Assembly: GCA_041751995.1 (NCBI GenBank) | Contig: JBGSHY010000059.1 | Coordinates: 1,313-65,312 of the forward strand | Reading direction: 5' to 3' | DNA from: Rhizobiaceae bacterium | Lineage (GTDB): Bacteria; Pseudomonadota; Alphaproteobacteria; Rhizobiales; Rhizobiaceae | DNA length: 64,000 nt | Shown: piece by piece, positions 47,330 to 58,325 of the stretch | Numbering within the stretch: position 1 is the first letter of the stretch | How the letters are laid out: the number at the start of each line of letters is the position of its first letter | Position numbers and translations under genes: made by a program | Notes under the pieces: model-generated | What the model saw: the letters and a program-made list of their open reading frames with translations, nothing else | Databases searched by the model: none | Told to the model about the DNA's origin: nothing

Positions 47330-48337
47330 ATGACCCCTTCCCGCGACATCAGCCGACTTCTAGAGATCATGGCCGCGTTGCGCGACCCGAAGACCGGCTG
47401 CCCGTGGGATGTGGTGCAGACTTTCGAGACAATCATTCCCTACACGATCGAAGAAGCCCACGAAGTTGCCGAGGCGATCGGGCGTCATGACATGGTTGAT
47501 TTGGCAGAGGAACTCGGCGACCTTTTGCTGCAGGTCGTGTTTCATGCCCGGATGGCCGAAGAAGCCGGAAGCTTTGATTTTGGCTCCGTAGTCGAAGCCA
47601 TCACGACAAAAATGATCCGCCGCCACCCGCATGTGTTCGGCGATGCTGATGCGCGGTCCGCCGGCATGGCCAAGGGCATGTGGAACAGGATCAAGATGGA
47701 AGAGAAGGCCGAGCGCCTCGAAAAGCGCAACGCGGCCGGGCTTCAGGCCGATGAGACGGTGCGGCACCTCGATGCCGTGCCGAGCGCCCTTCCCCCGGTC
47801 ATTCAATCGGTCAAACTGCAGGAACAGGCAGCGCGGGTTGGCTTTGACTGGGCTGAGCCTGCACCGATCCTCGACAAGATCGAAGAGGAATGTGGCGAAT
47901 TGCGCGAGGTCATACAGACCGGGGAAAAAGAGCGGATGTTCGAAGAGTACGGCGACATCCTGTTTGCAATGATGAACCTTGGCCGACGCTTGGGAATTGA
48001 TCCGGAAAGCGCCTTGCGCGCCACCAATTTGAAATTCCGCACGCGGTTTGCCCACGTCGAGGACGGTTTGGCCGACGCCGGTCTTAAACTCGGGAAAGCA
48101 GATCTGGAAACGATGGAAGCACTTTGGCAAAAAGAAAAAAGCTTCCCGATTAATAGTCCATGGTGGTTTTTGGTGTTTTGCCCAAGCGGTGATCCAGTTC
48201 CATGCGCGTCTGCGGGCTCATCCGAACCGTCAGGTTCACGCCCCCATCCTCTCGATCTTCTCGCACCAACACGGCCCCATTGCGGTAAATCCAGTCCAGA
48301 TTGGACAAAGAAGAAGCGGGAACCATGCAGTCGATAA
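47330..48337 (+). CDS. mazG: Nucleoside triphosphate pyrophosphohydrolase MazG (3' end doubtful)
   Basis: CPWDVVQTFETIIPYTIEEAHEVAEAI plus a second MazG repeat EECGELREVI...EYGDILFAMMNL. ATG 47330 chosen. The ORF runs 188 nt into the convergent hflX. Confidence 0.85.
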   Translation: MTPSRDISRLLEIMAALRDPKTGCPWDVVQTFETIIPYTIEEAHEVAEAIGRHDMVDLAEELGDLLLQVVFHARMAEEAGSFDFGSVVEAITTKMIRRHPHVFGDADARSAGMAKGMWNRIKMEEKAERLEKRNAAGLQADETVRHLDAVPSALPPVIQSVKLQEQAARVGFDWAEPAPILDKIEEECGELREVIQTGEKERMFEEYGDILFAMMNLGRRLGIDPESALRATNLKFRTRFAHVEDGLADAGLKLGKADLETMEALWQKEKSFPINSPWWFLVFCPSGDPVPCASAGSSEPSGSRPHPLDLLAPTRPHCGKSSPDWTKKKREPCSR

Positions 48338-49508
48338 TTTCCGCCTTCCCCTCAAGGCGTTCTTCGATGGCGGCCAGGAGCGCGCCGACGCCTTCCCCGG
48401 TCAAGGCAGAAACCGGAATCTGCGCCGGACCAATGTTTTTGTGACCCGTCAGTGAAACCATTGCATCGCGCTGCTCCGGCTCCAGCAAGTCTGTCTTGTT
48501 CCAGACTTCGATGACTTTGGATGAATCCTTCGGATCAAGTCCAAGGCTGCGCAGTATGGTTTCAACATCATGCGCCTGCGCATTGGAATCGGCGTCAGCG
48601 ATGTCCCGGACATGGATGACCAGATCTGCTTCGACGACTTCTTCCAGCGTCGCCCGGAATGCCGCGACCAGATGCGTTGGCAGGTTGGAAATGAAACCAA
48701 CCGTGTCTGACAAAATGGCCAATCCGCCGTGCGGCAGCGGCAGCTTGCGCAGCGTCGGATCAAGCGTTGCAAACAGCATGTCCGCCGCCATGACATCCGC
48801 CCCGGTCATCTTGTTGAACAGTGTCGACTTTCCGGCGTTGGTGTAACCGACCAGCGCCACTACCGGATATGGAACTTTCTGGCGTTTTGCGCGGTGCAGC
48901 TTGCGGGTCTGCGTGACATGCGCCAACTCGTCCTTCAGCCGGTCGATCTTGTCCTGCAACAGCCGCCGATCCGATTCGATCTGGGTTTCACCCGGACCTC
49001 CCATGAAGCCGCCACCGCCGCGCTGGCGCTCCAAATGGGTCCAGCTGCGCACAAGCCGACCTTTCTGGTAGGTTAGGTGTGCGAGTTCGACCTGCAGTAC
49101 ACCTTCGCGGGTTTTTGCGCGCTTGCCGAATATTTCAAGAATGAGTCCGGTGCGGTCAATGACCTTGACCTTCCATTCCCGCTCCAGATTGCGTTGCTGA
49201 ACAGGCGTCAAAGGGTGGTCGACAATGACCAGACCGATTTCCTGCGCTTCGATCTCCGCCGCGATGGTTTCAACCGAGCCAGTGCCCAGCAATGTGGCAG
49301 GCTTTGGCCGTTGAACGTTTATAATCGCCTTGTGAACGACTTCGAGGTCAATCGCCAATGCCAGACCTGCGGCCTCTTCCAATCGCGCGGCAGAACTGCG
49401 CGGAGCAACTTCGGTTGGCTTGCCGTCAGACGGTTCAGTTGAATAGCGTTGCGGCAACACCGGCACGATCACCGCTGCCCGCATCGCTTCTGAAGATGAT
49501 GATTTCAA
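48150..49508 (-). CDS. hflX: GTPase HflX
   Basis: VALVGYTNAGKSTLFN (G1), DTVGF (G3), NKTD (G4), and an HflX N-domain. Confidence 0.95.
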   Translation of the reverse strand: MKSSSSEAMRAAVIVPVLPQRYSTEPSDGKPTEVAPRSSAARLEEAAGLALAIDLEVVHKAIINVQRPKPATLLGTGSVETIAAEIEAQEIGLVIVDHPLTPVQQRNLEREWKVKVIDRTGLILEIFGKRAKTREGVLQVELAHLTYQKGRLVRSWTHLERQRGGGGFMGGPGETQIESDRRLLQDKIDRLKDELAHVTQTRKLHRAKRQKVPYPVVALVGYTNAGKSTLFNKMTGADVMAADMLFATLDPTLRKLPLPHGGLAILSDTVGFISNLPTHLVAAFRATLEEVVEADLVIHVRDIADADSNAQAHDVETILRSLGLDPKDSSKVIEVWNKTDLLEPEQRDAMVSLTGHKNIGPAQIPVSALTGEGVGALLAAIEERLEGKAEIIDCMVPASSLSNLDWIYRNGAVLVREDREDGGVNLTVRMSPQTRMELDHRLGKTPKTTMDY

Positions 49509-49553
49509 TGATTCGCCCTATGATCGGCCAGATTTGTTTCCGGCCTTGTCGTA

Positions 49554-49790
49554 TCAGGCTTCTTCGCCTTCAAACATTTGCACCGGCTGGCTCGGCATGA
49601 TCGTGGAAATCGCATGCTTGTAAACAAGCTGTGAGTGGCCGTCACGACGAAGCAGGACACAGAAATTATCAAACGAAGTAACCACGCCAGTCAGCTTCAC
49701 GCCATTGACCAGAAATATGGTCAGCGAGTTTTTTTGCTTGCGCACCGAATTCAGGAACAGGTCCTGAAGGTTTTGTGACTTTTCGGCCAT
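49554..49790 (-). CDS. hfq: RNA chaperone Hfq
   Basis: [64 protein letters not shown] (Sm1/Sm2). ATG 49790 lies inside ORF 49554-49844. Confidence 0.97.
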   Translation of the reverse strand: MAEKSQNLQDLFLNSVRKQKNSLTIFLVNGVKLTGVVTSFDNFCVLLRRDGHSQLVYKHAISTIMPSQPVQMFEGEEA

Positions 49791-49922
49791 TTTTGTGTTT
49801 CCGATGTCCCTGAATATCTGCTGGTAATGCCACCCCGTGGCCATGCCCTGTCAATACACTTTTAAAGTGTCTCTCCAAGTTGAATACCAGAAGTTGTCGC
49901 CCCTAACCCACAACTCCGGATA

Positions 49923-50786
49923 TCAGGCGAGAGTCTTTTCTGCAACGGCAAAAAAAGCCTCGCGCAATTGTGGTGCAATCAATCCCGGATGACCGTTGCC
50001 AATCGGTTGCCCATCGAGCTTAACCACTGGCATAACCAGCGTCGTTGCCGCTGTTATGAACACTTCACGGGCATTTTTGGCTTCTTCAACCGAGAATGGA
50101 CGCTCATCAACCGTCAAACCTAGTTTTGCGGCAACCTCGATGACCGTTGTCCGCGTGACACCGCGCAAAATGCCATGTTCGGCCGGGCGGGTTACCAATT
50201 TTCCGTCCTTGGAGACGATCCAGACATTCGTTGCCGCGCCTTCCTTGATAAATCCGTCCTCATCGATGAATACAGCCTCCTGGGCGCCCTGCCGTTTGGC
50301 AGCTTCCCGGGCCAGCACGTTTGGCAAAAGGCCGACTGTCTTGATGTCTACCCGGTCCCATCGATTCTCCGGCACTGTGATGATCGCAATTCCCGCTTCG
50401 GCGCGTTTTTCGGCGGCGTCACGGTTTAGAGATTTGGCGGTTATGACGATGGATAAGGGCACACTGTCAGGCGGAAAGACATGGTCGCGCTTGGCTACGC
50501 CACGCGTGACCTGCAGATAGTACATGCCATTGGTGACAAGATTGCGCCTGACCACTTCGCGAATGACCGTTGTCAGCGCCATTCGCGACATTGGCCATTT
50601 CATTTCCAGTTCCCGCAAAGAACGGTCCAGCCGGTCCAGATGACGCGTCAGATCGACAATATATCCATGGCGGATTTCGCAGACTTCATACACACCGTCG
50701 GCGAATTGATAGCCCCGGTCTTCGACATGGACAGCAGCATCGGCATGGCGGACATAGCGTCCGTTGACGTAGGCAATGCGAGACAA
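49923..50786 (-). CDS. dat: D-amino-acid transaminase (class IV aminotransferase)
   Basis: VEDRGYQFADGVYE, KTVGLLPNVLA and EGAATNVW motifs. Confidence 0.85.
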   Translation of the reverse strand: MSRIAYVNGRYVRHADAAVHVEDRGYQFADGVYEVCEIRHGYIVDLTRHLDRLDRSLRELEMKWPMSRMALTTVIREVVRRNLVTNGMYYLQVTRGVAKRDHVFPPDSVPLSIVITAKSLNRDAAEKRAEAGIAIITVPENRWDRVDIKTVGLLPNVLAREAAKRQGAQEAVFIDEDGFIKEGAATNVWIVSKDGKLVTRPAEHGILRGVTRTTVIEVAAKLGLTVDERPFSVEEAKNAREVFITAATTLVMPVVKLDGQPIGNGHPGLIAPQLREAFFAVAEKTLA

Positions 50787-50824
50787 GATTTTTCCCCTTA
50801 TATGGAAAACAACGAAATTCTGCT

Positions 50825-52192
50825 TCAGACGCCCAGGGACTTAAGTTTGCGATGCAGCGCAGAACGCTCCATACCAACGAATTCCGACGTCTTGGATATA
50901 TTGCCACCAAAACGGTTGATTTGAGCGATCAGGTATTCCTTCTCGAACACCTCGCGTGCCTCGCGCAATGGCAGTGACATGATGTGCTGGTCGGACTGTG
51001 TCGGCACGCGCGGCAGCATGTCGCCAACTTCGGAAGGCAAAAGACTGGCCGTGATTTCGCTGTCATTGTCATCGCCGCGCGCCAGGATCAGCAGACGTTC
51101 GACATTGTTTCGCAATTGGCGGACATTCCCGGGCCAACCATGGGATTGAAGCACGGCCATTGCATCGTCGCCGATCTTGCGCGGTTTGATGCCCGCTTGT
51201 TCGGTGAGTTGCCTGACAAAAAAATTGACCAATTGAGGAATGTCCTCGCGACGGTCCGCAAGCGGCGGAATGGACAAGGGCACGACAGCAAGACGGTGGA
51301 ACAAGTCCTCACGGAACCGGCCTTCGGCGATCATGGCCTCAAGGTTTTGCGCTGTGGAGGAAATAATGCGGATATCGACCTTGACCCGCTTGTTGCCCCC
51401 TACCCGCTCAAAGCTTTGGTCAACCAGAACCCTCAATATCTTGTTCTGCGTTTCGCGCGGCATGTCCGCGACTTCGTCGATGTACAGAACACCGCCATGC
51501 GCCTCTTCGAGCGCGCCGATTTTTCTCTCGCCGCCGGTCATTTCCGTGCCGAACAGTTCGATCTCCATGCGCTCCGGTGTAATCATTGCCGCGTTGACGG
51601 TAACAAACGGACCATTGGCCCGCGGAGACAGTTGGTGGATGGCGCGCGCAGCCATCTCCTTGCCTGAGCCGGATGCGCCGAAAATCATTACCCGGCTGTT
51701 CGTCGGTGCGATGCGTTCGATGGTCTGCTTTAGTTGGTTCATCGCCTGCGACGTGCCAATCAGCTCAAGGCTATCCGAACTCTTCTTGCGCAGTTCGGTC
51801 ACTTCCTTGCGCAGGCGCGATGTTTCCAATGCCCGTTCGGCAACCAGCACCAGCCGGTCCGCCTTGAATGGTTTTTCGATAAAATCATAAGCGCCGCGCT
51901 TGATGGCCGAAACAGCGGTTTCGATGTTGCCATGACCGGAAATCATCACGACCGGGAGATCGGGATACTGTTTCTTTATCTCGTCAAGCAGCGACAAACC
52001 GTCAAGTCGGCTTCCCTGCAGCCAGATGTCCAGAAACACCAGCCGCGGCATCCGTGCGTCGATTGCCTGCAGTGCCGTGTCTGCATCCTTGGCGGTACGG
52101 GTTTCGTGGCCTTCGTCAGACAGGATTCCCGCCACCAGCTCACGGATGTCTTCTTCGTCGTCAACAACCAGAATTTCAGAGGCCATTTTCAC
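50825..52192 (-). CDS. ntrX: Response regulator NtrX (AAA+ enhancer-binding-protein (EBP) type lacking a GAFTGA loop)
   Basis: REC domain (ILVVDDEEDIR, FLDIWL), GASGSGKE Walker A, and a C-terminal HTH. The GAFTGA position reads ELFGTEMTGGERKIG. Confidence 0.9.
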   Translation of the reverse strand: MKMASEILVVDDEEDIRELVAGILSDEGHETRTAKDADTALQAIDARMPRLVFLDIWLQGSRLDGLSLLDEIKKQYPDLPVVMISGHGNIETAVSAIKRGAYDFIEKPFKADRLVLVAERALETSRLRKEVTELRKKSSDSLELIGTSQAMNQLKQTIERIAPTNSRVMIFGASGSGKEMAARAIHQLSPRANGPFVTVNAAMITPERMEIELFGTEMTGGERKIGALEEAHGGVLYIDEVADMPRETQNKILRVLVDQSFERVGGNKRVKVDIRIISSTAQNLEAMIAEGRFREDLFHRLAVVPLSIPPLADRREDIPQLVNFFVRQLTEQAGIKPRKIGDDAMAVLQSHGWPGNVRQLRNNVERLLILARGDDNDSEITASLLPSEVGDMLPRVPTQSDQHIMSLPLREAREVFEKEYLIAQINRFGGNISKTSEFVGMERSALHRKLKSLGV

Positions 52193-54470
52193 TTACCTGC
52201 ACTATCTTTTTGTTATTGTTTTCCAACGCGATTTCAACACCGCTGCGATCCTCAGACACTCTGTCGATTGCCGGAAAGACAATCCGGATGTTGGCGCCGA
52301 CACCATTGTGGAAGTCGTCCGGGGCATCATGGAGAGACAGTGTCCCGGCGTGCTCTTCAACAATCTTGCGTACTATGGCGAGACCAAGGCCTGTCCCCTT
52401 TTCGCGCGTTGTCATGTAGGGCTCCAGCAGCCGCTGACGGTTCTCGCGCGGTAGACCTTTGCCATTGTCGATAATGTCGACGACGATCGATCCACTTTCA
52501 CTGGTTGCGCGGACAAGGACGTGCCCCTTTTCAACCGCCAAGTCTGGCTCGCGGCCATCGATTGCCTCTGTGGCGTTCTTGATCAGATTGCCAAAGGCCT
52601 GCGACAACATCCGGCTGTCGAGCATGCCCATCAGCGCTGCGCTTGGCAGTTGCTTCTCGATCACTATGTCCGGACGGCTGACCTCTATCAGGAACGCAGC
52701 TTCGCGCAGCGGCAAGCGTATATCCAAGGGTGCTGGCGTGGGTTTTGGCATTCGCGCAAAAGCCGAGAACTCGTCAACCATGCGCCCGATGTCGCCAACC
52801 TGCCGGATGATCGTGTCGGTGCATTGGTCGAATATCTCGCGATCTTCCACAATCACCTTGCCGAATCGGCGGCGTATGCGTTCGGCCGACAACTGTATCG
52901 GTGTCAGCGGATTTTTGATCTCGTGCGCGATACGACGGGCAATGTCTGACCATGCCGTCGACCTTTGCGCCGTTACCAGATCGGTGATGTCGTCAACGGT
53001 TACCACATAGGAGTGATCGGAACTCGCCGATTCCTCAACGGTGATCTGGACATTATAGGTCCGCTCCGAGCCTTTGCGGATGAACGTCGCCTGCTCGCGA
53101 TAGACCGGCTTTTCGGTGCTTCTTGCCAGTTCGAAAATTGTGCCCAGTTCGGGCAAAACGGCAGACAGCATCTGACCCGTCGCCTGATTGGCATCGATGC
53201 CGAGAATATGCTCCGCTGATTTGTTGGCGATATTAATGACACCGTCCGGATCAACGCCGATGACCGCAGCGGTGACGCCAGACAAAACCGCTTCGGAAAA
53301 GCGCCTGCGCTCATCGATCTGATCGCGGGCATTTATCAATTCGTTGCGCTGGCTCTTCAACTGCTGGATCATCGTATTGAATGTGTCCGACAGGAAGCCA
53401 ACGTCACCATCCGATTTTCGGACCGGGACGACGACATCCAGGTCTCCCTTTGCCACCGCGTCAGAAGCGCCGATCAACAGGCGGATCGGGCGCACCAACC
53501 GGTCAGCCACGGCTATGCCGGTCCAGATTGCCGACAGCAAAACCACGAGCGTAAGACCGAGATAAAGCAGCGCGAAGGCGATCTGGGTGGTGGTCCGGTT
53601 TGCCTCCAACCCCTGGTATTCCGCGGCATTGATGTTGACGATCTTTACCGCTTCGATGAGCTGCTGATCGACACTCCGGATCGTATAAAGATAGGCATTG
53701 TCAATCTGGCGGAGTTTTATGATCGCACCGACAAGGTTGCGATTTTCCGGCGGAATGAGGACCGGATTTCCATCAGCAGCCGTCGCGAGCGCTTCTGGCG
53801 GAGCCGGCGGCAACTCAGGCACTTCGGCTCTTTTTGAAGAAGCTATCAGAACAGTGCCATCGTCTTTCAGCAGCGAGGCCTGCAACAGGCCGCGTCCCGC
53901 CGACTGTTGGTCCAGCAATTGTTTGAAACCATTGCGGTCAAGGCTGTACAGCGTCCGGGCGGCATCGACGTCCACCGCCATGGACAACGTTGTGCCTTGC
54001 AGATTTCGGGCGTTTTCTTCGACGTATGACTTGGCAATCGAGATTGATGAATTGACGATGTCTTTTGTTCTGATGGCAAACCAGCGGTCTAGTCCGACAT
54101 TCAACGTTACCGACGCGACGATGGCAACGACAATGGCCGGCACAGCAGCAACCAGTGAAAACAGGACAACAATTCGCACATGCAGGCGGGCAGCCGCACG
54201 GCCATGCTGGCGGGCGCGAATGATACGGTCAATTTCCCGGGCGATCAGCAACAACAAGAGAACGATCAGCCCTGCATTGGCAAATGCCAGACCCGCCGTG
54301 ATTGACTGGGTTGGGGTGATCGGCGTCACGCCCATCAGGATGCTGAATGATACGGCTGCCGTTAACAGCGAGGTGATGACAACCAAAAGACCTGGAAGCG
54401 CTAAAAGCTTGCGCCCTTCAGGAGCGCCCGCCAGTCCCTTCCAATTGCCCAACAGGCTTACACCTTGCAA
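52176..54470 (-). CDS. ntrY: Sensor histidine kinase NtrY
   Basis: N-terminal TM segments, HAMP, PAS, H-box HEIKNPLTPIQLSAERI, and an ATPase G-box region GTGLGLAIV. Overlaps ntrX by 17 nt. Confidence 0.9.
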   Translation of the reverse strand: MQGVSLLGNWKGLAGAPEGRKLLALPGLLVVITSLLTAAVSFSILMGVTPITPTQSITAGLAFANAGLIVLLLLLIAREIDRIIRARQHGRAAARLHVRIVVLFSLVAAVPAIVVAIVASVTLNVGLDRWFAIRTKDIVNSSISIAKSYVEENARNLQGTTLSMAVDVDAARTLYSLDRNGFKQLLDQQSAGRGLLQASLLKDDGTVLIASSKRAEVPELPPAPPEALATAADGNPVLIPPENRNLVGAIIKLRQIDNAYLYTIRSVDQQLIEAVKIVNINAAEYQGLEANRTTTQIAFALLYLGLTLVVLLSAIWTGIAVADRLVRPIRLLIGASDAVAKGDLDVVVPVRKSDGDVGFLSDTFNTMIQQLKSQRNELINARDQIDERRRFSEAVLSGVTAAVIGVDPDGVINIANKSAEHILGIDANQATGQMLSAVLPELGTIFELARSTEKPVYREQATFIRKGSERTYNVQITVEESASSDHSYVVTVDDITDLVTAQRSTAWSDIARRIAHEIKNPLTPIQLSAERIRRRFGKVIVEDREIFDQCTDTIIRQVGDIGRMVDEFSAFARMPKPTPAPLDIRLPLREAAFLIEVSRPDIVIEKQLPSAALMGMLDSRMLSQAFGNLIKNATEAIDGREPDLAVEKGHVLVRATSESGSIVVDIIDNGKGLPRENRQRLLEPYMTTREKGTGLGLAIVRKIVEEHAGTLSLHDAPDDFHNGVGANIRIVFPAIDRVSEDRSGVEIALENNNKKIVQVSENGL

Positions 54471-54540
54471 AACCGCACCCTTGAATCACGAATCCGTTGC
54501 AATCATGCAACGCATTGTGGCGTTTTTGCAACGATCTTCG

Positions 54541-56013
54541 TCAATGCTGTGAGAAACCCGGCTTGGCGCTGCGGAAAATTGATATCCCCAGTTCGCGGAT
54601 TTTCTTGCGAAGCGTGTTGCGGTTGAGTCCGAGCAACTCTGCCGCGCGTATTTGGTTGCCATTTGTTGCGGTAAGGCAGGCAAGAATGAGCGGATATTCG
54701 AATTCGGCAAGAAACCGGTCATAAATGCCGGGTGGCGGCAAATTGTCCTTGAACGAGGCAAAATAGATCTGCAGTTGGACTTCGACAGCCTGCGAAATGG
54801 TCACGTCTTCGGCGTTGCCGCTTCCCGACCCGGCAGGTTGAAAACCGCCCTGCTCCGAGCGCAATTCCTGCTCGATGATGTCCCCGGTGATTTCATCCTG
54901 CGGATAAAGCGCCGACAGGCGCCGGACGAGATTTTCGAGTTCGCGCACGTTGCCCGGCCAAGTATGACGTTTGAGCAGATCCAGAGCCGGCTGGTTTATT
55001 CGCTTGGGAGTCAAACCCTCAGACTCAGCAATGTCGAAGAAATGCCGGACAAGATCGGGCACATCTTCCGCCCGTTCGCGCAGCGGCGGCAAACGCAGCG
55101 GGACGACATTCAGGCGGTAGTACAGATCCTCCCTGAACAGACCCTGCTGGATAAGTGTGCGCAGATCCTTGTTGGTTGCCGCAACAATGCGAACATCGGT
55201 GCGGATCGGGCTGCGTCCGCCGACTGTCGTGTACTCGCCCTGCTGCAGGACCCGCAGAAGCCGCGTTTGCGCCTCCATCGGCATGTCGCCGATTTCGTCC
55301 AAAAACAGTGTGCCGCCTTCTGCCTGTTCAAACCGGCCTGAGGTCCGGCTTTGGGCCCCGGTGAACGAACCCTTCTCATGGCCGAACAATTCTGACTCGA
55401 TCAAATCGCGCGGAATTGCCGCCATGTTGATGGCAACGAACGGGCCTTTCTTGCGCTTGCCGAACTCATGCAGCGCGCGCGCCACCAATTCCTTGCCGGT
55501 CCCCGATTCGCCGACGACCATGACGGTCAAATCGGTCTGCATCATCCGCGCCAGCACGCGGTAAATTTCCTGCATCGCTGGTGACCGCCCGATCAGCGGC
55601 ATGGTCTCCAGACCCTTTTCACGGGGTGCTCGATTCTCGCTCTGTTTGGGCTCGGATATCGCTCGACCGACGATGGCGACGAGTTCGGACAGATCAAATG
55701 GCTTTGGCAGATATTCGTAGGCGCCTTTTTCCGAAGCATGGATGGCGGTCATGAACGTGTTCTGTGCGCTCATCACAACCACCGGCAGTTCCGGCCGCAT
55801 CTTCTTGATGCGCGGCAACATGTCGAAGGCATTTTCATCCGGCATGATGACGTCGGTGACGACGAGGTCTCCATCACCTGCCGAGACCCAGCGCCACAAG
55901 GTTGCGGCGTTGGAAGTCACCCGCACGTCATAGCCGGCACGGGAAAGCGCCTGGTTGAGCACTGTGCGAATAGCGCTGTCGTCGTCGGCGACGAGGATAA
56001 GACCTTTGCTCAT
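54541..56013 (-). CDS. ntrC: Nitrogen regulation protein NtrC (NR-I), sigma-54 dependent activator
   Basis: REC domain ([20 protein letters not shown]), [23 protein letters not shown] (GAFTGA-type loop), and a C-terminal Fis-type HTH. Confidence 0.95.
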   Translation of the reverse strand: MSKGLILVADDDSAIRTVLNQALSRAGYDVRVTSNAATLWRWVSAGDGDLVVTDVIMPDENAFDMLPRIKKMRPELPVVVMSAQNTFMTAIHASEKGAYEYLPKPFDLSELVAIVGRAISEPKQSENRAPREKGLETMPLIGRSPAMQEIYRVLARMMQTDLTVMVVGESGTGKELVARALHEFGKRKKGPFVAINMAAIPRDLIESELFGHEKGSFTGAQSRTSGRFEQAEGGTLFLDEIGDMPMEAQTRLLRVLQQGEYTTVGGRSPIRTDVRIVAATNKDLRTLIQQGLFREDLYYRLNVVPLRLPPLRERAEDVPDLVRHFFDIAESEGLTPKRINQPALDLLKRHTWPGNVRELENLVRRLSALYPQDEITGDIIEQELRSEQGGFQPAGSGSGNAEDVTISQAVEVQLQIYFASFKDNLPPPGIYDRFLAEFEYPLILACLTATNGNQIRAAELLGLNRNTLRKKIRELGISIFRSAKPGFSQH

Positions 56014-57167
56014 CGGCGGCCACCTTCCTTCAATTCAAGATAATCATCTGCGTTTTCGGTGTCGGGCCCGCTGTATGCTGGCAACAGGATGCGGAATGTC
56101 GTGCGGCGCGGCTGGGAGTCGCATTCGATTACCCCGCCATGATCGCCGACGATCTTGGCCACAAGCGCCAGCCCGAGGCCGGAACCATTGGTTTTGGTGG
56201 TTACAAACGGATCGAACAAATGCGGTTTGATGTCGTCGGTCACGCCTCGCCCGTTGTCGATGACGCAAAATTCAAGTGGCAGGGATACACGTTCGCGGCT
56301 GCCGGGAACCGACAGGCGAACACCCGGCCGGAATGCCGTGGACAAGGTGATTTCACCTCCCTGCTCATCACCAATGGCTTCGGCTGCGTTCTTGACGAGA
56401 TTGAGGAAAATCTGGACCAGCTGATCGCGATTGGCGAGGACCGGCGGCAGCGACGGGTCATACTCTTCGTGGAATTTGATATGGCGTCCAAAGCCGTTTC
56501 GGGCGATGGCGCGCACATGGTCTAGCACGACATGGATGTTAACCGGCTGGCGCTGGATCGGGCGTTCGTCGGAGAACACCTCCATCCGGTCTACAAGCGA
56601 GACAATCCTGTCGGTTTCATCGGTGATCAGCCGGGTCAGATCGCGGTCTTCGTCCGAAACCACGGTTTCCAGAAGCTGCGCCGCGCCGCGTATGCCCGAT
56701 AGCGGGTTCTTGATTTCATGCGCGAGCATGGATGCAAGCCCGGTCACCGAACGCGCTGCCCCGCGATGCGTCATTTGCCTGTCAAGCTTGTCCGCCATTG
56801 AGCGTTCCTGAAACAGGATCACGACAGAGCCCGGCGCTTCGGTGACAGGGGCAACGTAAAGATCGACCAGACGGTCGTTGCCAAGGCGCGGGGACGAGAT
56901 GTCGACACGGTATTCATTGACCGGGGAACGGCGTTCCCTGACCTGTTCCACCAGTGCCAACAACGGGCTACCGAAGGCGACGAAGTTGGCCAGCGTGTTG
57001 CGAGCGAGGATGTTCTGGCTTGCCTTGAAGTAGCTCTCTGCTTCCGAGTTCGCGAAGGAGATCAGGTTTGAAGGATCGACCATGATCACCGGATGGCGAA
57101 TGGTGTTCAACACCATCATGGCCATGTCGAGCGGCGGCTTGAGACCCGCCAATGCAGCGTTACTCAC
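56010..57167 (-). CDS. ntrB: Nitrogen regulation sensor kinase NtrB (NR-II)
   Basis: PAS N-domain, H-box [26 protein letters not shown]. 4-nt overlaps with both ntrC and dusB. Confidence 0.9.
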   Translation of the reverse strand: MSNAALAGLKPPLDMAMMVLNTIRHPVIMVDPSNLISFANSEAESYFKASQNILARNTLANFVAFGSPLLALVEQVRERRSPVNEYRVDISSPRLGNDRLVDLYVAPVTEAPGSVVILFQERSMADKLDRQMTHRGAARSVTGLASMLAHEIKNPLSGIRGAAQLLETVVSDEDRDLTRLITDETDRIVSLVDRMEVFSDERPIQRQPVNIHVVLDHVRAIARNGFGRHIKFHEEYDPSLPPVLANRDQLVQIFLNLVKNAAEAIGDEQGGEITLSTAFRPGVRLSVPGSRERVSLPLEFCVIDNGRGVTDDIKPHLFDPFVTTKTNGSGLGLALVAKIVGDHGGVIECDSQPRRTTFRILLPAYSGPDTENADDYLELKEGGRR

Positions 57168-58204
57168 GCGACTTTCCTTTCACTCAACGGCGTTGCGAAA
57201 TCGGCGCCGGAGAAAATGCTTCTGATGATTGAAATTGTCTCTTGGGGCTCGTCCGCAGTCATCATGGCTTGACGAAATTGCGGCGGGCATCCGGCAGCAT
57301 GAGCGTCCAGATACCAACCGAGATGCTTGCGGGCGTGGCGGCTGCCGATATGAGCGCCATAGTGAGAGAGCATGTCTTTATAGTGATGCTCGATATAGTC
57401 AGCCAGTGCTTGGCCCGCAGGCTCAAATGCCATGCCAACTTCTGACGCCAGCTTTCCTGCCAGCCAGGGCTGTCCATAATGGGCCCTGCCAATCATGACG
57501 GCATCAGCGCCGGACCGTCTCCGGGCCTCGTCTGCAGACGTCAAATCGACGATGTCGCCATTGATCGTCAGCGGGACCTTGATGGCTTCACGCACGGCGC
57601 GGACGGCAGACCAATCCGCCTTGCCGGCATAGAATTGGCAACGGGTTCGGCCATGAACCGTGATCATCTGGATTCCGGCACTCTCGGCGCGCTTGGCGAG
57701 GTCCGGAGCGTTGACCGTGTGGTCATCCCATCCGAGCCGCATTTTGAGTGTCACAGGCACGCTGACGGCTTTCACGGTGGCCTCAACCAGTGTCATGGCG
57801 TGATCCAGATCGCGCATCAACGCCGATCCGGAATATCCGCCAGTCACTTTCTTGGCCGGGCAGCCCATGTTGATGTCGATGATGTCGGCGCCTGCGGCTT
57901 CTATGGCTTTTGCTGCCTCGCCCATCCAATAGGCTTCACGCCCCGCCAATTGCACCATATGGATGCCGGAGCCCGTCGGACGGGAGCGCTTGATGCTTTC
58001 CTCGGAGCCTTTGACAAACTCTTGACTTGCCACCATCTCCGAGATCACAAGCCCTGCCCCGGCCTCTGACGCCCGCTTGCGGAATGGCACGTCGGTCACG
58101 CCGGACATGGGCGCAAGAAAGTAGCGATTGGGCACGGTCACCGCGCCAATTCTCAATGGCTGACGCAAATCCGGTATGTCTAATTTTTGAGCAGCGAAAT
58201 TCAT
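57164..58204 (-). CDS. dusB: tRNA dihydrouridine synthase DusB (NifR3)
   Basis: [20 protein letters not shown] and ITVHGRTR motifs. Classical position upstream of ntrBC. Confidence 0.9.
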   Translation of the reverse strand: MNFAAQKLDIPDLRQPLRIGAVTVPNRYFLAPMSGVTDVPFRKRASEAGAGLVISEMVASQEFVKGSEESIKRSRPTGSGIHMVQLAGREAYWMGEAAKAIEAAGADIIDINMGCPAKKVTGGYSGSALMRDLDHAMTLVEATVKAVSVPVTLKMRLGWDDHTVNAPDLAKRAESAGIQMITVHGRTRCQFYAGKADWSAVRAVREAIKVPLTINGDIVDLTSADEARRRSGADAVMIGRAHYGQPWLAGKLASEVGMAFEPAGQALADYIEHHYKDMLSHYGAHIGSRHARKHLGWYLDAHAAGCPPQFRQAMMTADEPQETISIIRSIFSGADFATPLSERKVA

Positions 58205-58325
58205 CGCTTATTTTATAGCCAATATGTCCGAATAAACAAGCCATGAAGTCCATCAATCCGTTGGATGGCTTTCCTTCATCCAAACGGCGCGCTATCGCTT
58301 CGCCGGGAACTGAAGGGCCGCAGGC

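Noticed and set aside
47360-48130. 256-aa minus-strand ORF
   Set aside because: Antisense to mazG.
50787-50824. Apparent absence of trkA between ntrX and dat, which I recall being present in some Rhizobiales (ntrX-trkA-dat-hfq-hflX)
   Set aside because: This rests on remembered synteny of other genomes and cannot be evaluated from this sequence. The 38-nt junction shows no scar.
54471-54540. Inverted repeat GTTGCA-N4-TGCAAC and a third TTGCAAC copy in the ntrC-ntrY spacer
   Set aside because: It could be a small hairpin or an operator, but it is only 6 bp. It has no U-tract and does not match NtrC (TGCACC-N5-GGTGCA) or sigma-54 spacing. Insufficient to call.
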